62,000 bases of DNA from contig NZ_JMCB01000008.1 in the NCBI RefSeq assembly GCF_000737315.1, forward strand, positions 144,001 to 206,000. The letters run 5' to 3'. How positions within the stretch are numbered: position 1 is the first letter of the stretch; the number at the start of each line of letters is the position of its first letter. Position numbers and translations under genes: made by a program. The stretch is from Hyalangium minutum. GTDB lineage: Bacteria; Myxococcota; Myxococcia; Myxococcales; Myxococcaceae. Of the stretch, positions 30,469 to 38,682 are shown one piece after another. The notes under the pieces are model-generated. The model had not been told where the DNA came from. It did no database searches and saw only the letters and a program-made list of their open reading frames with translations.

Positions 30469-31203
30469 TCAGATCTCCAGCAGCGCGAACCGTTGATCCG
30501 GCGTGTGCTTGGCCATCAGCGGCATGGCCACGTTGTAGACGGGGATGCCCGCGCGCGTCTTCCCCTCGCGCGTCCCGTGATGCGCGTGGCCATGGAACAC
30601 CGCCTCCGCCCGGTAGTGGTCAATCGGCATGGCGAGCCGGCTCGTCCCGAGGAAAGGCCGGATCTCGATGTTCTCCCCCTCCAGCGTCTCCGGAATGGGC
30701 GAGTAGTGCATGATGACCACCTTCTTCGGCGTGTCGAGGTGGCTCAGCGCCGCTTCCAGCTTGAGCGACTCGGACACCGCCTCCTGCACGAAGGACTTGG
30801 TCTGCCCCTCGCCGAACGCCTGCAGCGTGGCGTTGCCGAAGCCGCCGCCGAACCCCTTCACCCCCGCCACTCCGAGCACCTTCTCGAAGATGAAGTGGTC
30901 CCCATCCAGGATGTGGATCCCCACCTTGGCCAGCTCGGCGCAGATCTCCTTCACCTGGCCGTGCTCGTAGTCGTGGTTGCCCAGCACGGCGGCGCACGGG
31001 ACTCGCAGCGCAGAGAGCTCCTCGGCCAGGACCTTGCCCTCCTCCACCATGCCGCGATCCGTCAGATCGCCGCACAGCACGAGCATGTCCGCCGAGGCGT
31101 TCACCTGCTTCACGAGGAGCCGGAAGCGGCCGTGGTGGTCTTCCCGGCAGTGAAGATCACCGACTGCTGCCAACCGAATCTTCGAGTTGGGATCGCGTGC
31201 CAC
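30469..31203 (-). CDS. Calcineurin-like metallophosphoesterase
   Basis: GDLH, GDLTD, GNHD, MHYSP and HGHAH motifs. Confidence 0.92.
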   Translation of the reverse strand: MARDPNSKIRLAAVGDLHCREDHHGRFRLLVKQVNASADMLVLCGDLTDRGMVEEGKVLAEELSALRVPCAAVLGNHDYEHGQVKEICAELAKVGIHILDGDHFIFEKVLGVAGVKGFGGGFGNATLQAFGEGQTKSFVQEAVSESLKLEAALSHLDTPKKVVIMHYSPIPETLEGENIEIRPFLGTSRLAMPIDHYRAEAVFHGHAHHGTREGKTRAGIPVYNVAMPLMAKHTPDQRFALLEI

Positions 31204-32014
31204 GCTCTCCTCCGTCCTTTCGCTCGTGTTCGTCCCACTGCCGCCCGTCGCGGAATCCCCAGTGGTGGATGTCCACGTGGTAGTTCACCCGCGAGATCAG
31301 GTTGCCCCGGCAGATGCGCTCCTCCCAGTTGCCATCGCGCACCGTGTCCAGCGTGCGCGCCATCAGCTCCGCCATCACCCAGTCCGGGATGGTGTCGCGC
31401 TCGGACGGGTAGGCGTACCGGAACATCATCAGGTGGCTGAACAGCACCTCCCAGTACCGGTCGAAGCGGCGCATGAGCCGCTCCCAGTCCATCTTCCGCC
31501 CGGCCTTGAGGATGAGGTGGTTCACGTCCGATCCGTCATAGCGCTCGCGCTCGTTGACGAAGGCCTTGGACCAGATCATCTCCTCGGCGGGCGCCACCAG
31601 GCAGCGGTGGCCGAACACCGTGGAGGTAGGGGCGTGCTCGAACCACTCGTCGTCCACCACCGCCACCCCGTTGCCGGAGCTGAAGATGAAGTCGACGAAG
31701 TACTCGCCCTTGAAGGCCTTGTAGAGCCACACCTCGTCCGTGCGTTCGGTGCGCCAGCCGTCCAGTTCCAGCACCTCGAGCGCCCGGCCCGCATCGCGTT
31801 TGCGAGGGAAGAGGTCCAGGTCCTTCGTGTCGCGGTAGATGCCCGTGTACGTGGCGTAGGCGTAGGCTCCGCCAACGACGAACGGCACGCCCGCATCCAG
31901 GAGCAGCCCGACAGCCCTGGCCCTGGCGTTGATCTCGTCCGGGGCCCTGTCGCGCTCCGCCAGCATGGCATCCACACCCAGCTCTCCGGGGTGGTTCGGG
32001 TGTCTCTTTTCCAT
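31157..32014 (-). CDS. Pol-beta superfamily nucleotidyltransferase
   Basis: VVGGAYAYATYTGIYRDTKDLDLF (GG..A....R.T.D.D) and third Asp in YFVDFIF. Overlaps the phosphoesterase start by 47 nt. Confidence 0.85.
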   Translation of the reverse strand: MEKRHPNHPGELGVDAMLAERDRAPDEINARARAVGLLLDAGVPFVVGGAYAYATYTGIYRDTKDLDLFPRKRDAGRALEVLELDGWRTERTDEVWLYKAFKGEYFVDFIFSSGNGVAVVDDEWFEHAPTSTVFGHRCLVAPAEEMIWSKAFVNERERYDGSDVNHLILKAGRKMDWERLMRRFDRYWEVLFSHLMMFRYAYPSERDTIPDWVMAELMARTLDTVRDGNWEERICRGNLISRVNYHVDIHHWGFRDGRQWDEHERKDGGERGTRSQLEDSVGSSR

Positions 32015-32029
32015 AGGGCATAAGCTAGG

Positions 32030-32049
32030 GACGGGGAAATTTCCCCGTC
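32030..32049. promoter_or_regulatory. Perfect 20-bp palindrome in a divergent intergenic region
   Basis: GACGGGGAAA/TTTCCCCGTC, 15 nt upstream of the nucleotidyltransferase start. Confidence 0.5.
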
Positions 32050-32234
32050 GTACCAGACGGCGCGGAAGCCCGGTGAGCAGCCGAGCAGCCTCCAACTCAT
32101 CGGTTTTGCTGGGGATTTCCTCCCAGAAAATCGGCCAGAAAAGGCCGCTTTCTGTTTTTCGAGGGGGCTGTGTCCATGGGGACGCAAACACGCTGCACGG
32201 CCCCGCCGAGGGCCTCACTCGAAAGGAAGACCCC

Positions 32235-33230
32235 ATGTTCCGCAAGACCCTGATGCTGTGCGCCTCGCTCGCGATTGTCGGTTGTGGCAACACCCAGGAG
32301 GACGAGTTCCGCGACGGCCTGCCCTCCAAGGAGATGGTGACCGTGAAGGAGCCGGGCACCAGCGCGGGCCAGAAGCTCGAGGCCGAGGGCGGCGCGGTGT
32401 TCGCGTTCGACAAGGGCCAGACGAGCGACTTCTACAAGCTGACCCGCGGCGCCACAGTGAGCGTGAACCTCGGCACCGCGTTCGTACTCAACCTCATCGA
32501 GGAGGTGACGAAGCACACGCCCACCAGCATCGAGGGCGACGTCGCGGTGTGGGGCCCGTACACGGACGCGCTGAGCCCCAACACCTTCAAGGTCACCGTC
32601 ACCAAGACGGCCGAGAACGCCTACAGCTACAAGGTCGAGGGCAAGGCGAAGACGGCGGCGGACACGGAGTTCAAGACGATCATCTCCGGCTCGCACACCA
32701 TTGCCACGGACGAGCTGGGCAACCGCCTGCGCAACTACGGCTCCGGCAACATCCAGCTGGACTGGGACGCGGCGCAGACGCTCCCCGAGCACGGCGATGA
32801 GCTGGGTACCGCCGCCATCCGCTACTCGAGGCCGGACGCCAAGGCACAGGCCACGGTGGAGGCCGACTTCCGCAACGTCGAGGATGACGAGCGGCCCGGC
32901 ACCCGCGTGAACGCCGACTACCGCTACAAGGAGACGCCGGGCGCTGGTGGCGAGTTCGAGTTCGGCCTGGACAAGAACTTCGACACGGAGCCGGCCCGCT
33001 CGAAGATCGAGCACCTGACCATCAAGAGCCGCTGGGCTCAGACGGGCGCCGGCCGGGCGGACGTGAAGATCTCCGGCGGCGACTACCTGATCGCCTCGGC
33101 CACGGCCAGCGAGTGCTGGGACGCCAACTTCGCCAGCCAGTTCCTGATTGCGAGCTGGGTGACCGCGCCCGTGTACGGGGACGTGTCCGCCTGCGGCAGC
33201 TTCTCGGTGGCGCTCTACTCTTCTCTGTAA
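32235..33230 (+). CDS. Lipoprotein, first gene of the ECF/caspase operon
   Basis: AAGGA RBS, lipobox LAIVGC (Cys17). Paralogous to 36188-37144. Confidence 0.85.
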   Translation: MFRKTLMLCASLAIVGCGNTQEDEFRDGLPSKEMVTVKEPGTSAGQKLEAEGGAVFAFDKGQTSDFYKLTRGATVSVNLGTAFVLNLIEEVTKHTPTSIEGDVAVWGPYTDALSPNTFKVTVTKTAENAYSYKVEGKAKTAADTEFKTIISGSHTIATDELGNRLRNYGSGNIQLDWDAAQTLPEHGDELGTAAIRYSRPDAKAQATVEADFRNVEDDERPGTRVNADYRYKETPGAGGEFEFGLDKNFDTEPARSKIEHLTIKSRWAQTGAGRADVKISGGDYLIASATASECWDANFASQFLIASWVTAPVYGDVSACGSFSVALYSSL

Positions 33231-33254
33231 TCCGCGCATTAGACTGCGCGCGCC

Positions 33255-33794
33255 ATGGGAACGAGCCAGCCGGTCCTGAGAGTCATCCAGGGTGGTCCTA
33301 CCGAGGACCGGCGGGCGTTTCTCCAAGAGCTGTACACGAAGTATGGCGGCAGCGTCCTCGGGCGCTGCCGCTACCTGTTGAAGGACGCATCGAAGGCCGA
33401 GGACGCGATGCACGACGTGTTCGCCCGCGCCCTCACTCACTCGGACGGGTTCCGCTCCGAGGCCTCGCCGCTGACATGGTTGATGAAGATCGCCACGAAC
33501 CACTGCCTGAACCAGATCCGATCGGAGCGTGCGGGCTGGCGCAGCTGGTTCCAGCGGGAAGAGGCGGCGAAGCCAGAGGGGCACGGGGGCCCCCAGAGCA
33601 TGGAGACGCGGGACCTGGTGCGGAGGTTGCTGTCGCGGGTGGATGTGGAGACGCAGGCAGCGGTCATCCACTACCACGTGGACGGGATGACGCTGGAGGA
33701 AGTGGCCGCGGCGTTGGGGCGCTCAGTGCCCACGGTGCGCAAGCGGCTGGAGAGTTTCGCCGAGCTGGGCGGAGAAGAGTTGAGGGTCCGATGA
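33255..33794 (+). CDS. ECF RNA polymerase sigma factor
   Basis: Region 2 AEDAMHDVF...WLMKIATNHCLNQIR and region 4 GMTLEEVAAALGRSVPTVRKRL. Confidence 0.92.
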   Translation: MGTSQPVLRVIQGGPTEDRRAFLQELYTKYGGSVLGRCRYLLKDASKAEDAMHDVFARALTHSDGFRSEASPLTWLMKIATNHCLNQIRSERAGWRSWFQREEAAKPEGHGGPQSMETRDLVRRLLSRVDVETQAAVIHYHVDGMTLEEVAAALGRSVPTVRKRLESFAELGGEELRVR

Positions 33795-34576
33795 GCGCGC
33801 ACCTTTCAGAGCACCCCTCCGAGTGGACGCTGCGCCGCCTGCACGCTGGCGAGCTGCCAACCCCAGAGGCAACCCGGGCCCGAACCCACGCCGCCGAGTG
33901 CGAGCAGTGCGGCGCCGTGCTCCGCGCGGCCGAGGAGGCCCAGCGCCAGTTCGAAGCCGCCACCCCCTTCGAGCGCTTCGAGGAGGGAGTGAAGCGGGCG
34001 GAGGAGAAGTCCCGGAAGGAGGAGTTGGCCCGCCGGGGCTCGGCTCAGCGGTGGATGGGGCCGGTGGTGGCCCTGGCAGCCACGGTGCTGCTGGTGGTGG
34101 CGGTGCGGCCCCTGCTGGCGACGAGCACGGGGTCCGGGGTGCGGACGAAGGGCGGCGCGGTGGCGGAGCTGCGCATCGGTGGCGGCGAGGGCACGCAGCG
34201 GATGGCTCGGACGAACACTCCCGAGCCGCTGGCCCCGGGCGAGCGCGTGCGGATTGGCTACACGCCAGACACGCGCCGGTACGTGCTGGCGCTGTCGATT
34301 GACTCGGCCGGTGAGGTGACGCCGCTCTACCCCGAGACGGGCGAGAGCCTGCCAGTGAAGCCGGGAGCGGGCACGCACTGGCTGCCGGACAGCATCGAGT
34401 TCACCGGCTCGGGCGCCGAGCGCGTGGTGGTGCTGCTAAGCGACGCTCCGGTGAAGGTGGAAGATGCCACCGCGGCGGCGCGCGAGGCCTTCGAGGCGGT
34501 GGGGAGGGACGTGGCGAAGCTGCCTCCACTGAGCGTGGACGGCGACCAGACGCACTGGATGCTGCTCAAGCCATGA
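33791..34576 (+). CDS. Zinc-binding anti-sigma factor with TM helix and periplasmic DUF4384-like domain
   Basis: ZAS motif HAAECEQC (HxxxCxxC), TM helix VVALAATVLLVVAV and a beta-rich C-terminal domain. ATGA-coupled to both sigma and caspase genes. Confidence 0.85.
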   Translation: MSAHLSEHPSEWTLRRLHAGELPTPEATRARTHAAECEQCGAVLRAAEEAQRQFEAATPFERFEEGVKRAEEKSRKEELARRGSAQRWMGPVVALAATVLLVVAVRPLLATSTGSGVRTKGGAVAELRIGGGEGTQRMARTNTPEPLAPGERVRIGYTPDTRRYVLALSIDSAGEVTPLYPETGESLPVKPGAGTHWLPDSIEFTGSGAERVVVLLSDAPVKVEDATAAAREAFEAVGRDVAKLPPLSVDGDQTHWMLLKP

Positions 34577-36177
34577 GGTGCTCGAGGCGACAGCTGGGCG
34601 CCCTTACCCTGGGGTTGCTGCTGGCCACCGCCGCGCAGGCGGAGCCGCTGCGCCGCTTTGCCCTCATCATCGGCAATGACGAGGGCGGCTCGGACACCCG
34701 GCCCCTGAGCTACGCCCGAGAGGACGCGCGCAAGATGCACGGGCTCCTGTCGCGGCTGGGCGGAGTCTCCCCCTCGGACTCGCGGCTGCTGTTGAACGAC
34801 GACGCCCAGGACGTGCTCTCCGCGCTGGCGAACCTGGAGGCCCGCATCCAGGCAGCCCGGACCCGGGGCGAGCGCACCGCGCTGCTCGTCTACTACTCGG
34901 GCCACGCGAAGGACGGCGCGCTGCGGCTGGGAGACACACGGCTGCCCTTCGACACGTTCAAGAAGCGGCTGGCGGACGCTCCGGCGGACATCCGCATCGC
35001 CATCCTGGACTCGTGCCGCTCGGGCGCACTGACGCGGACCAAGGGTGCCCGGCGCGCGCCCGCCTTCGAGATCGACTCCGGGGCTACGCGGGACGCACGG
35101 GGCCTGGTGATCCTCACCTCCAGCTCAGCGGACGAGGACTCGCAGGAGTCAGATGTGATCGGCGGCAGCTACTTCTCCCACCACCTGACGAGCGGGCTCC
35201 TGGGAGATGCGGATCGCTCTGGCGACGGGCAGGTGACGCTCTTCGAGGCGTACTCGCACGCGTACGATCGGACGGTGGCGGACACGGCGGGCAGCAGCGC
35301 GGGGCCGCAGCACCCCACGTTCAGCTACGACCTCGCGGGCAACGGGGACCTGGTGCTCACGAACCTGCGCACCTCCGAGGGGCTGGTGGTGCCTCGCTCG
35401 GCGCCAGGAGGGGCCTATTACTTCGTGAATCCGAGCGGACTGGTGGTGGCGGAGCTGGAGAAGGCGCCAGAGACAGAGCGGCGGGTGGCGCTCGCGCCGG
35501 GCACGTACCGGGTGAAGCGCCGCCTGGAGGATCGGCTGCGCATCGGCGAGGTGGAGGTCCGTCGCGGACAGGAGACCGTGCTGGAGGAGTTCCGGTTTCG
35601 CGATGCGCCCTTCTCGGACGATCCGGTGAAGGGAGGCCGCGGACGGGGCTCCTTCTGGACCGTGGGGCTGACGGGCGGCTACCACTCCTTCTTCGATCGG
35701 GACATCCGCGAGTCCCTGTTCCTCTCCGTGCCCCTGGTGGGCGGCGAGGTGAACCTCCACAACTACTTCCGCGAGGACTGGGTGTGGGGCTTCGACGTGG
35801 CGCTGGGAGGCCGCGCCGCGAAGCTGAGCCTGGAGAACCTGTCGGGCGCGAGCTACCGCTACTCGGTGCTCAACCTGGGCACCTCCCTGACCGCCGAGTG
35901 GCACGTGGGAGACCTGGCTCCCTTCGCGGGCGCGCGGCTCGCGTACCTTTATATGGGCCGCAAGTTCGACGGCGGGGTGTTCCCGGATCAGTTCTACGCG
36001 ACGTTCTCTCCCGGACTGGTGGCGGGCCTGCGCTATCGGCTGCTGCGCAGTCTGCACCTCACCGGGCGCGGCCGGCTGCACTACCTCACCTATAACGTCC
36101 ACGAAGAAGGCACCGAGAACAGCAACAGCTCCCTGGGCTACTGGGAGCTGTCGGCCCTGGTGACCTATGAGCTCTAA
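34573..36177 (+). CDS. Exported caspase-like protease (peptidase C14) with a predicted C-terminal outer-membrane beta-barrel
   Basis: Signal peptide ending ATAAQA, RRFALIIGND, catalytic YYSGH (His111) and LDSCRSG (Cys148). Amphipathic beta-strand C-terminus ends ...LSALVTYEL. Confidence 0.88.
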   Translation: MRCSRRQLGALTLGLLLATAAQAEPLRRFALIIGNDEGGSDTRPLSYAREDARKMHGLLSRLGGVSPSDSRLLLNDDAQDVLSALANLEARIQAARTRGERTALLVYYSGHAKDGALRLGDTRLPFDTFKKRLADAPADIRIAILDSCRSGALTRTKGARRAPAFEIDSGATRDARGLVILTSSSADEDSQESDVIGGSYFSHHLTSGLLGDADRSGDGQVTLFEAYSHAYDRTVADTAGSSAGPQHPTFSYDLAGNGDLVLTNLRTSEGLVVPRSAPGGAYYFVNPSGLVVAELEKAPETERRVALAPGTYRVKRRLEDRLRIGEVEVRRGQETVLEEFRFRDAPFSDDPVKGGRGRGSFWTVGLTGGYHSFFDRDIRESLFLSVPLVGGEVNLHNYFREDWVWGFDVALGGRAAKLSLENLSGASYRYSVLNLGTSLTAEWHVGDLAPFAGARLAYLYMGRKFDGGVFPDQFYATFSPGLVAGLRYRLLRSLHLTGRGRLHYLTYNVHEEGTENSNSSLGYWELSALVTYEL

Positions 36178-36187
36178 GGAGCGCGCG

Positions 36188-37144
36188 ATGCGAAACCTCT
36201 GGCCCGCACTCCTCTGTCTCCTGGCCGCGTGCGGCGGCAACTTCTCCAACGAGGACCTCGAGTATCTCAACGCCCTGCCCTCGCGCGAAGCGCTCGCCAG
36301 CAAGCTGCCCGAGAGCAGCGCGAGCACGATCGGCGGAGGCCTGGCGCAGCGCCGGGATCAGCTCGCGCTGGGAGACGTCTCCCAGCTCTACGTGGACACA
36401 CGGAAGGCCTCCACGGACTTCAACGCCTCGGTGGATGGGCTGCTGAGCCTGCTGGAGAACATCCGCACCGTGCCACCCACCACGCGCGAGCCAGACCGGC
36501 GTACCTGGGGCCCGTGGAGGGACGACGCCCATCCAGGCAACGACGTGCGCTTCGTGATGGATCGCGCGGGAGATTTCTTCGAGTACCACCTCGACTACAA
36601 GCCCTCATCGGCCTCCGCTGAGGACGCCTGGTGGACCTTCCTGGAGGGCTCTTTCAAGGCGGACGCGGGCATCCGCGTGGGCGAGGGCAAGTTGCACCTG
36701 CTCATCGATGTCGCGCTGGCCCATGGCCTCAACGTGGGCGAGCTGCGGACCCTCAAGCGGCTGGACATCGACTACCAGAACAAAGCGCTCCCCACGCTCG
36801 TGGAGATGAGCTTCACCTCGCAGCCTGTGCCGCCCCTGAGCTCCCAGCAGGTTCGCTACACCTACCGCGAGCTGACCGGTGGCCTGGGGGAGATGCGCTT
36901 CCTGCTGAAGGAAACGGACGCCGTGCCGGGCAATCTGCTCGAGGACGTGGAGATCACCAGTCGTTGGACGTCAAACAGTGGCGGTGTGGCCACCTTCGTC
37001 ATCCTTCGCGGGGACCTCATGGGCGCCAGCTACAAAGAATGCTGGGACGCCCAGAACCACATCACCTTCGCCAAGAGGAGCTGGGAGTTCTTCGGGATTG
37101 GCAAAGCCAGCGATTGTCCGAACCTTTCAGCCTTTGACAATTGA
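36188..37144 (+). CDS. Lipoprotein, last gene of the ECF/caspase operon
   Basis: AAGGAG RBS overlapping the caspase stop, lipobox LLAAC (Cys15). Shares LPS.E, WGP..D, SRW and ECWDA with 32235-33230. Confidence 0.85.
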   Translation: MRNLWPALLCLLAACGGNFSNEDLEYLNALPSREALASKLPESSASTIGGGLAQRRDQLALGDVSQLYVDTRKASTDFNASVDGLLSLLENIRTVPPTTREPDRRTWGPWRDDAHPGNDVRFVMDRAGDFFEYHLDYKPSSASAEDAWWTFLEGSFKADAGIRVGEGKLHLLIDVALAHGLNVGELRTLKRLDIDYQNKALPTLVEMSFTSQPVPPLSSQQVRYTYRELTGGLGEMRFLLKETDAVPGNLLEDVEITSRWTSNSGGVATFVILRGDLMGASYKECWDAQNHITFAKRSWEFFGIGKASDCPNLSAFDN

Positions 37145-37289
37145 GTGGAAATTGACGCGGAGCGGCACTGTTGTCTGAGAAAAGGTTGGCTGTTGTCAGA
37201 GGCGCTTGTTAGGCAGGCAGCCCCCGCGCTCCATGCCCTTGCCTATGGCACCCCTAGTTGGCGCTGGGACAACCTCTGGAGGTTACACA

Positions 37290-37739
37290 ATGAAGGCGAA
37301 TCGTCTTTTCATCGCGTGTGTGGCGGCCCTCTCTCTCGTGGCGTGCGGTGGCGGCACCGAGCTGACCGCAGTGCTGTCGGGCGCGGCGGAGAAGCCCAGC
37401 GCGGTGACCACCACCGGCAGCGGCAGCACGGACGTCACGGTGGACGGCAAGAAGATCGAGGTGACTGGCAGCTTCAAGGACCTCAGCGGCAACGCCACGG
37501 CGGCCCACATCCACGGCCCGGCCGATGCGAGCAGCACCGCGGGCGTCTTCTGCAACCTGACCGTGCCGGCCGCCGCCAGCGGCTCCATCACCACGGACAA
37601 GAACGCCGGTTCTTGCGGGGCCATTGAGCTGACCGAAGCCCAGGTGGCCGACTTCGAGGCCGGCAAGTACTACATCAACATCCACACCGCCGCGAACGCG
37701 AACGGCGAGATCCGCGGCCAGCTGATCAAGAAGGAGTAG
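37290..37739 (+). CDS. CHRD-domain lipoprotein
   Basis: GGAGG RBS, lipobox LVAC, AHIHGPA and YYINIHTAANANGEIRGQL motifs. Confidence 0.9.
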   Translation: MKANRLFIACVAALSLVACGGGTELTAVLSGAAEKPSAVTTTGSGSTDVTVDGKKIEVTGSFKDLSGNATAAHIHGPADASSTAGVFCNLTVPAAASGSITTDKNAGSCGAIELTEAQVADFEAGKYYINIHTAANANGEIRGQLIKKE

Positions 37740-37815
37740 CGGAAGGGGGCCTCCTGGCCCCTCTGGGGCAGGCCGGGCTGCCGCTTGCTCGCCTGCCCCA
37801 CCCCGTTGTCCTTCC

Positions 37816-37844
37816 TTGACTCGGCCTTGCCTGCTCTTTAGGTT
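37816..37844 (+). promoter_or_regulatory. Putative sigma70-type promoter of rpoZ
   Basis: TTGACT-N17-TAGGTT upstream of the ATG at 37880. Confidence 0.45.
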
Positions 37845-37879
37845 CCGGTCCTTCCTCAAGAGAAGCCTGAAGGATCGCC

Positions 37880-38170
37880 ATGGCCCGTATCACCGTCGAA
37901 GACTGCCTCCCCCTCGTCGACAACCGCTTCGCCCTGGTGCTGCTCGGCGCCAAGCGCGCCCGCCAGCTCATGGCCGGCGCCCGCCCCATCATCGAGATCT
38001 CCAAGAACAAGCCCCCCGTGCTCTCCCTCCGGGAGGTGGCCACTGGCCGCGTGAAGTTCGACCGCGACGTGCGCGAGGCGCTGTCCGGCAAGTACTCCGC
38101 GGACGAGGCCAAGGCCGCTGCCGCTCCGGCCGCTCCTCCGGCCGCGCCGACGCTGCCCCCCTCTGTCTGA
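37880..38170 (+). CDS. rpoZ: RNA polymerase omega subunit
   Basis: [28 protein letters not shown]...[11 protein letters not shown] motif. Confidence 0.95.
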   Translation: MARITVEDCLPLVDNRFALVLLGAKRARQLMAGARPIIEISKNKPPVLSLREVATGRVKFDRDVREALSGKYSADEAKAAAAPAAPPAAPTLPPSV

Positions 38171-38197
38171 GCCCGGCTCCCTCTGGGAGCCCTTGAC

Positions 38198-38644
38198 TCA
38201 CTTGGGGGGAATCGAGTCTCCCGCGCGCAGCAGCTTCACCGCGCGCGCGGCGATGGACTTCTCCCCCTTGTAGCCCAGCATCGGGACGAGCTGTACCAGC
38301 GGTACCCACCGCGCCTCGTCCACCTCCACACGCGGCCCCGGCGGCAGCACTCCCAGCTCCCCGGACAGGTAGCGGAAGAGGAAGAAGTGGACGCGCTTGA
38401 AGATGCGCTGTCCGCGGAACTGGTAGACGTAGCGGATCTCCCCCAGTGACGAGAGGAGACTGGCCGTGAGGCCCGTCTCCTCGCGCACCTCGCGGGTGGC
38501 GGTCTGCTCGGGCGTCTCGCCGGGATCCACGTGTCCCTTGGGCAGCGCCCACAGGGAGCGGCCGTGGGGGCGGATCACCGCCACCTCCCAGCTCCCCGCA
38601 TTCTCGCGGATGACTATTCCTCCGGCGGACGCCTCGCGCGGCAT
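38198..38644 (-). CDS. NUDIX hydrolase
   Basis: Nudix box GHVDPGETPEQTATREVREETG. Confidence 0.92.
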   Translation of the reverse strand: MPREASAGGIVIRENAGSWEVAVIRPHGRSLWALPKGHVDPGETPEQTATREVREETGLTASLLSSLGEIRYVYQFRGQRIFKRVHFFLFRYLSGELGVLPPGPRVEVDEARWVPLVQLVPMLGYKGEKSIAARAVKLLRAGDSIPPK

Positions 38645-38682
38645 ACGGGGAGCACCCTACCCCGAAGTGAACCGCCCGTGGC

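Noticed and set aside
37245-37262. sigma54 -24/-12 promoter (TGGCAC...TTG) upstream of the CHRD gene
   Set aside because: The spacing is one base off (TGGCAC-N6-TTGG) and the -12 GC is absent.
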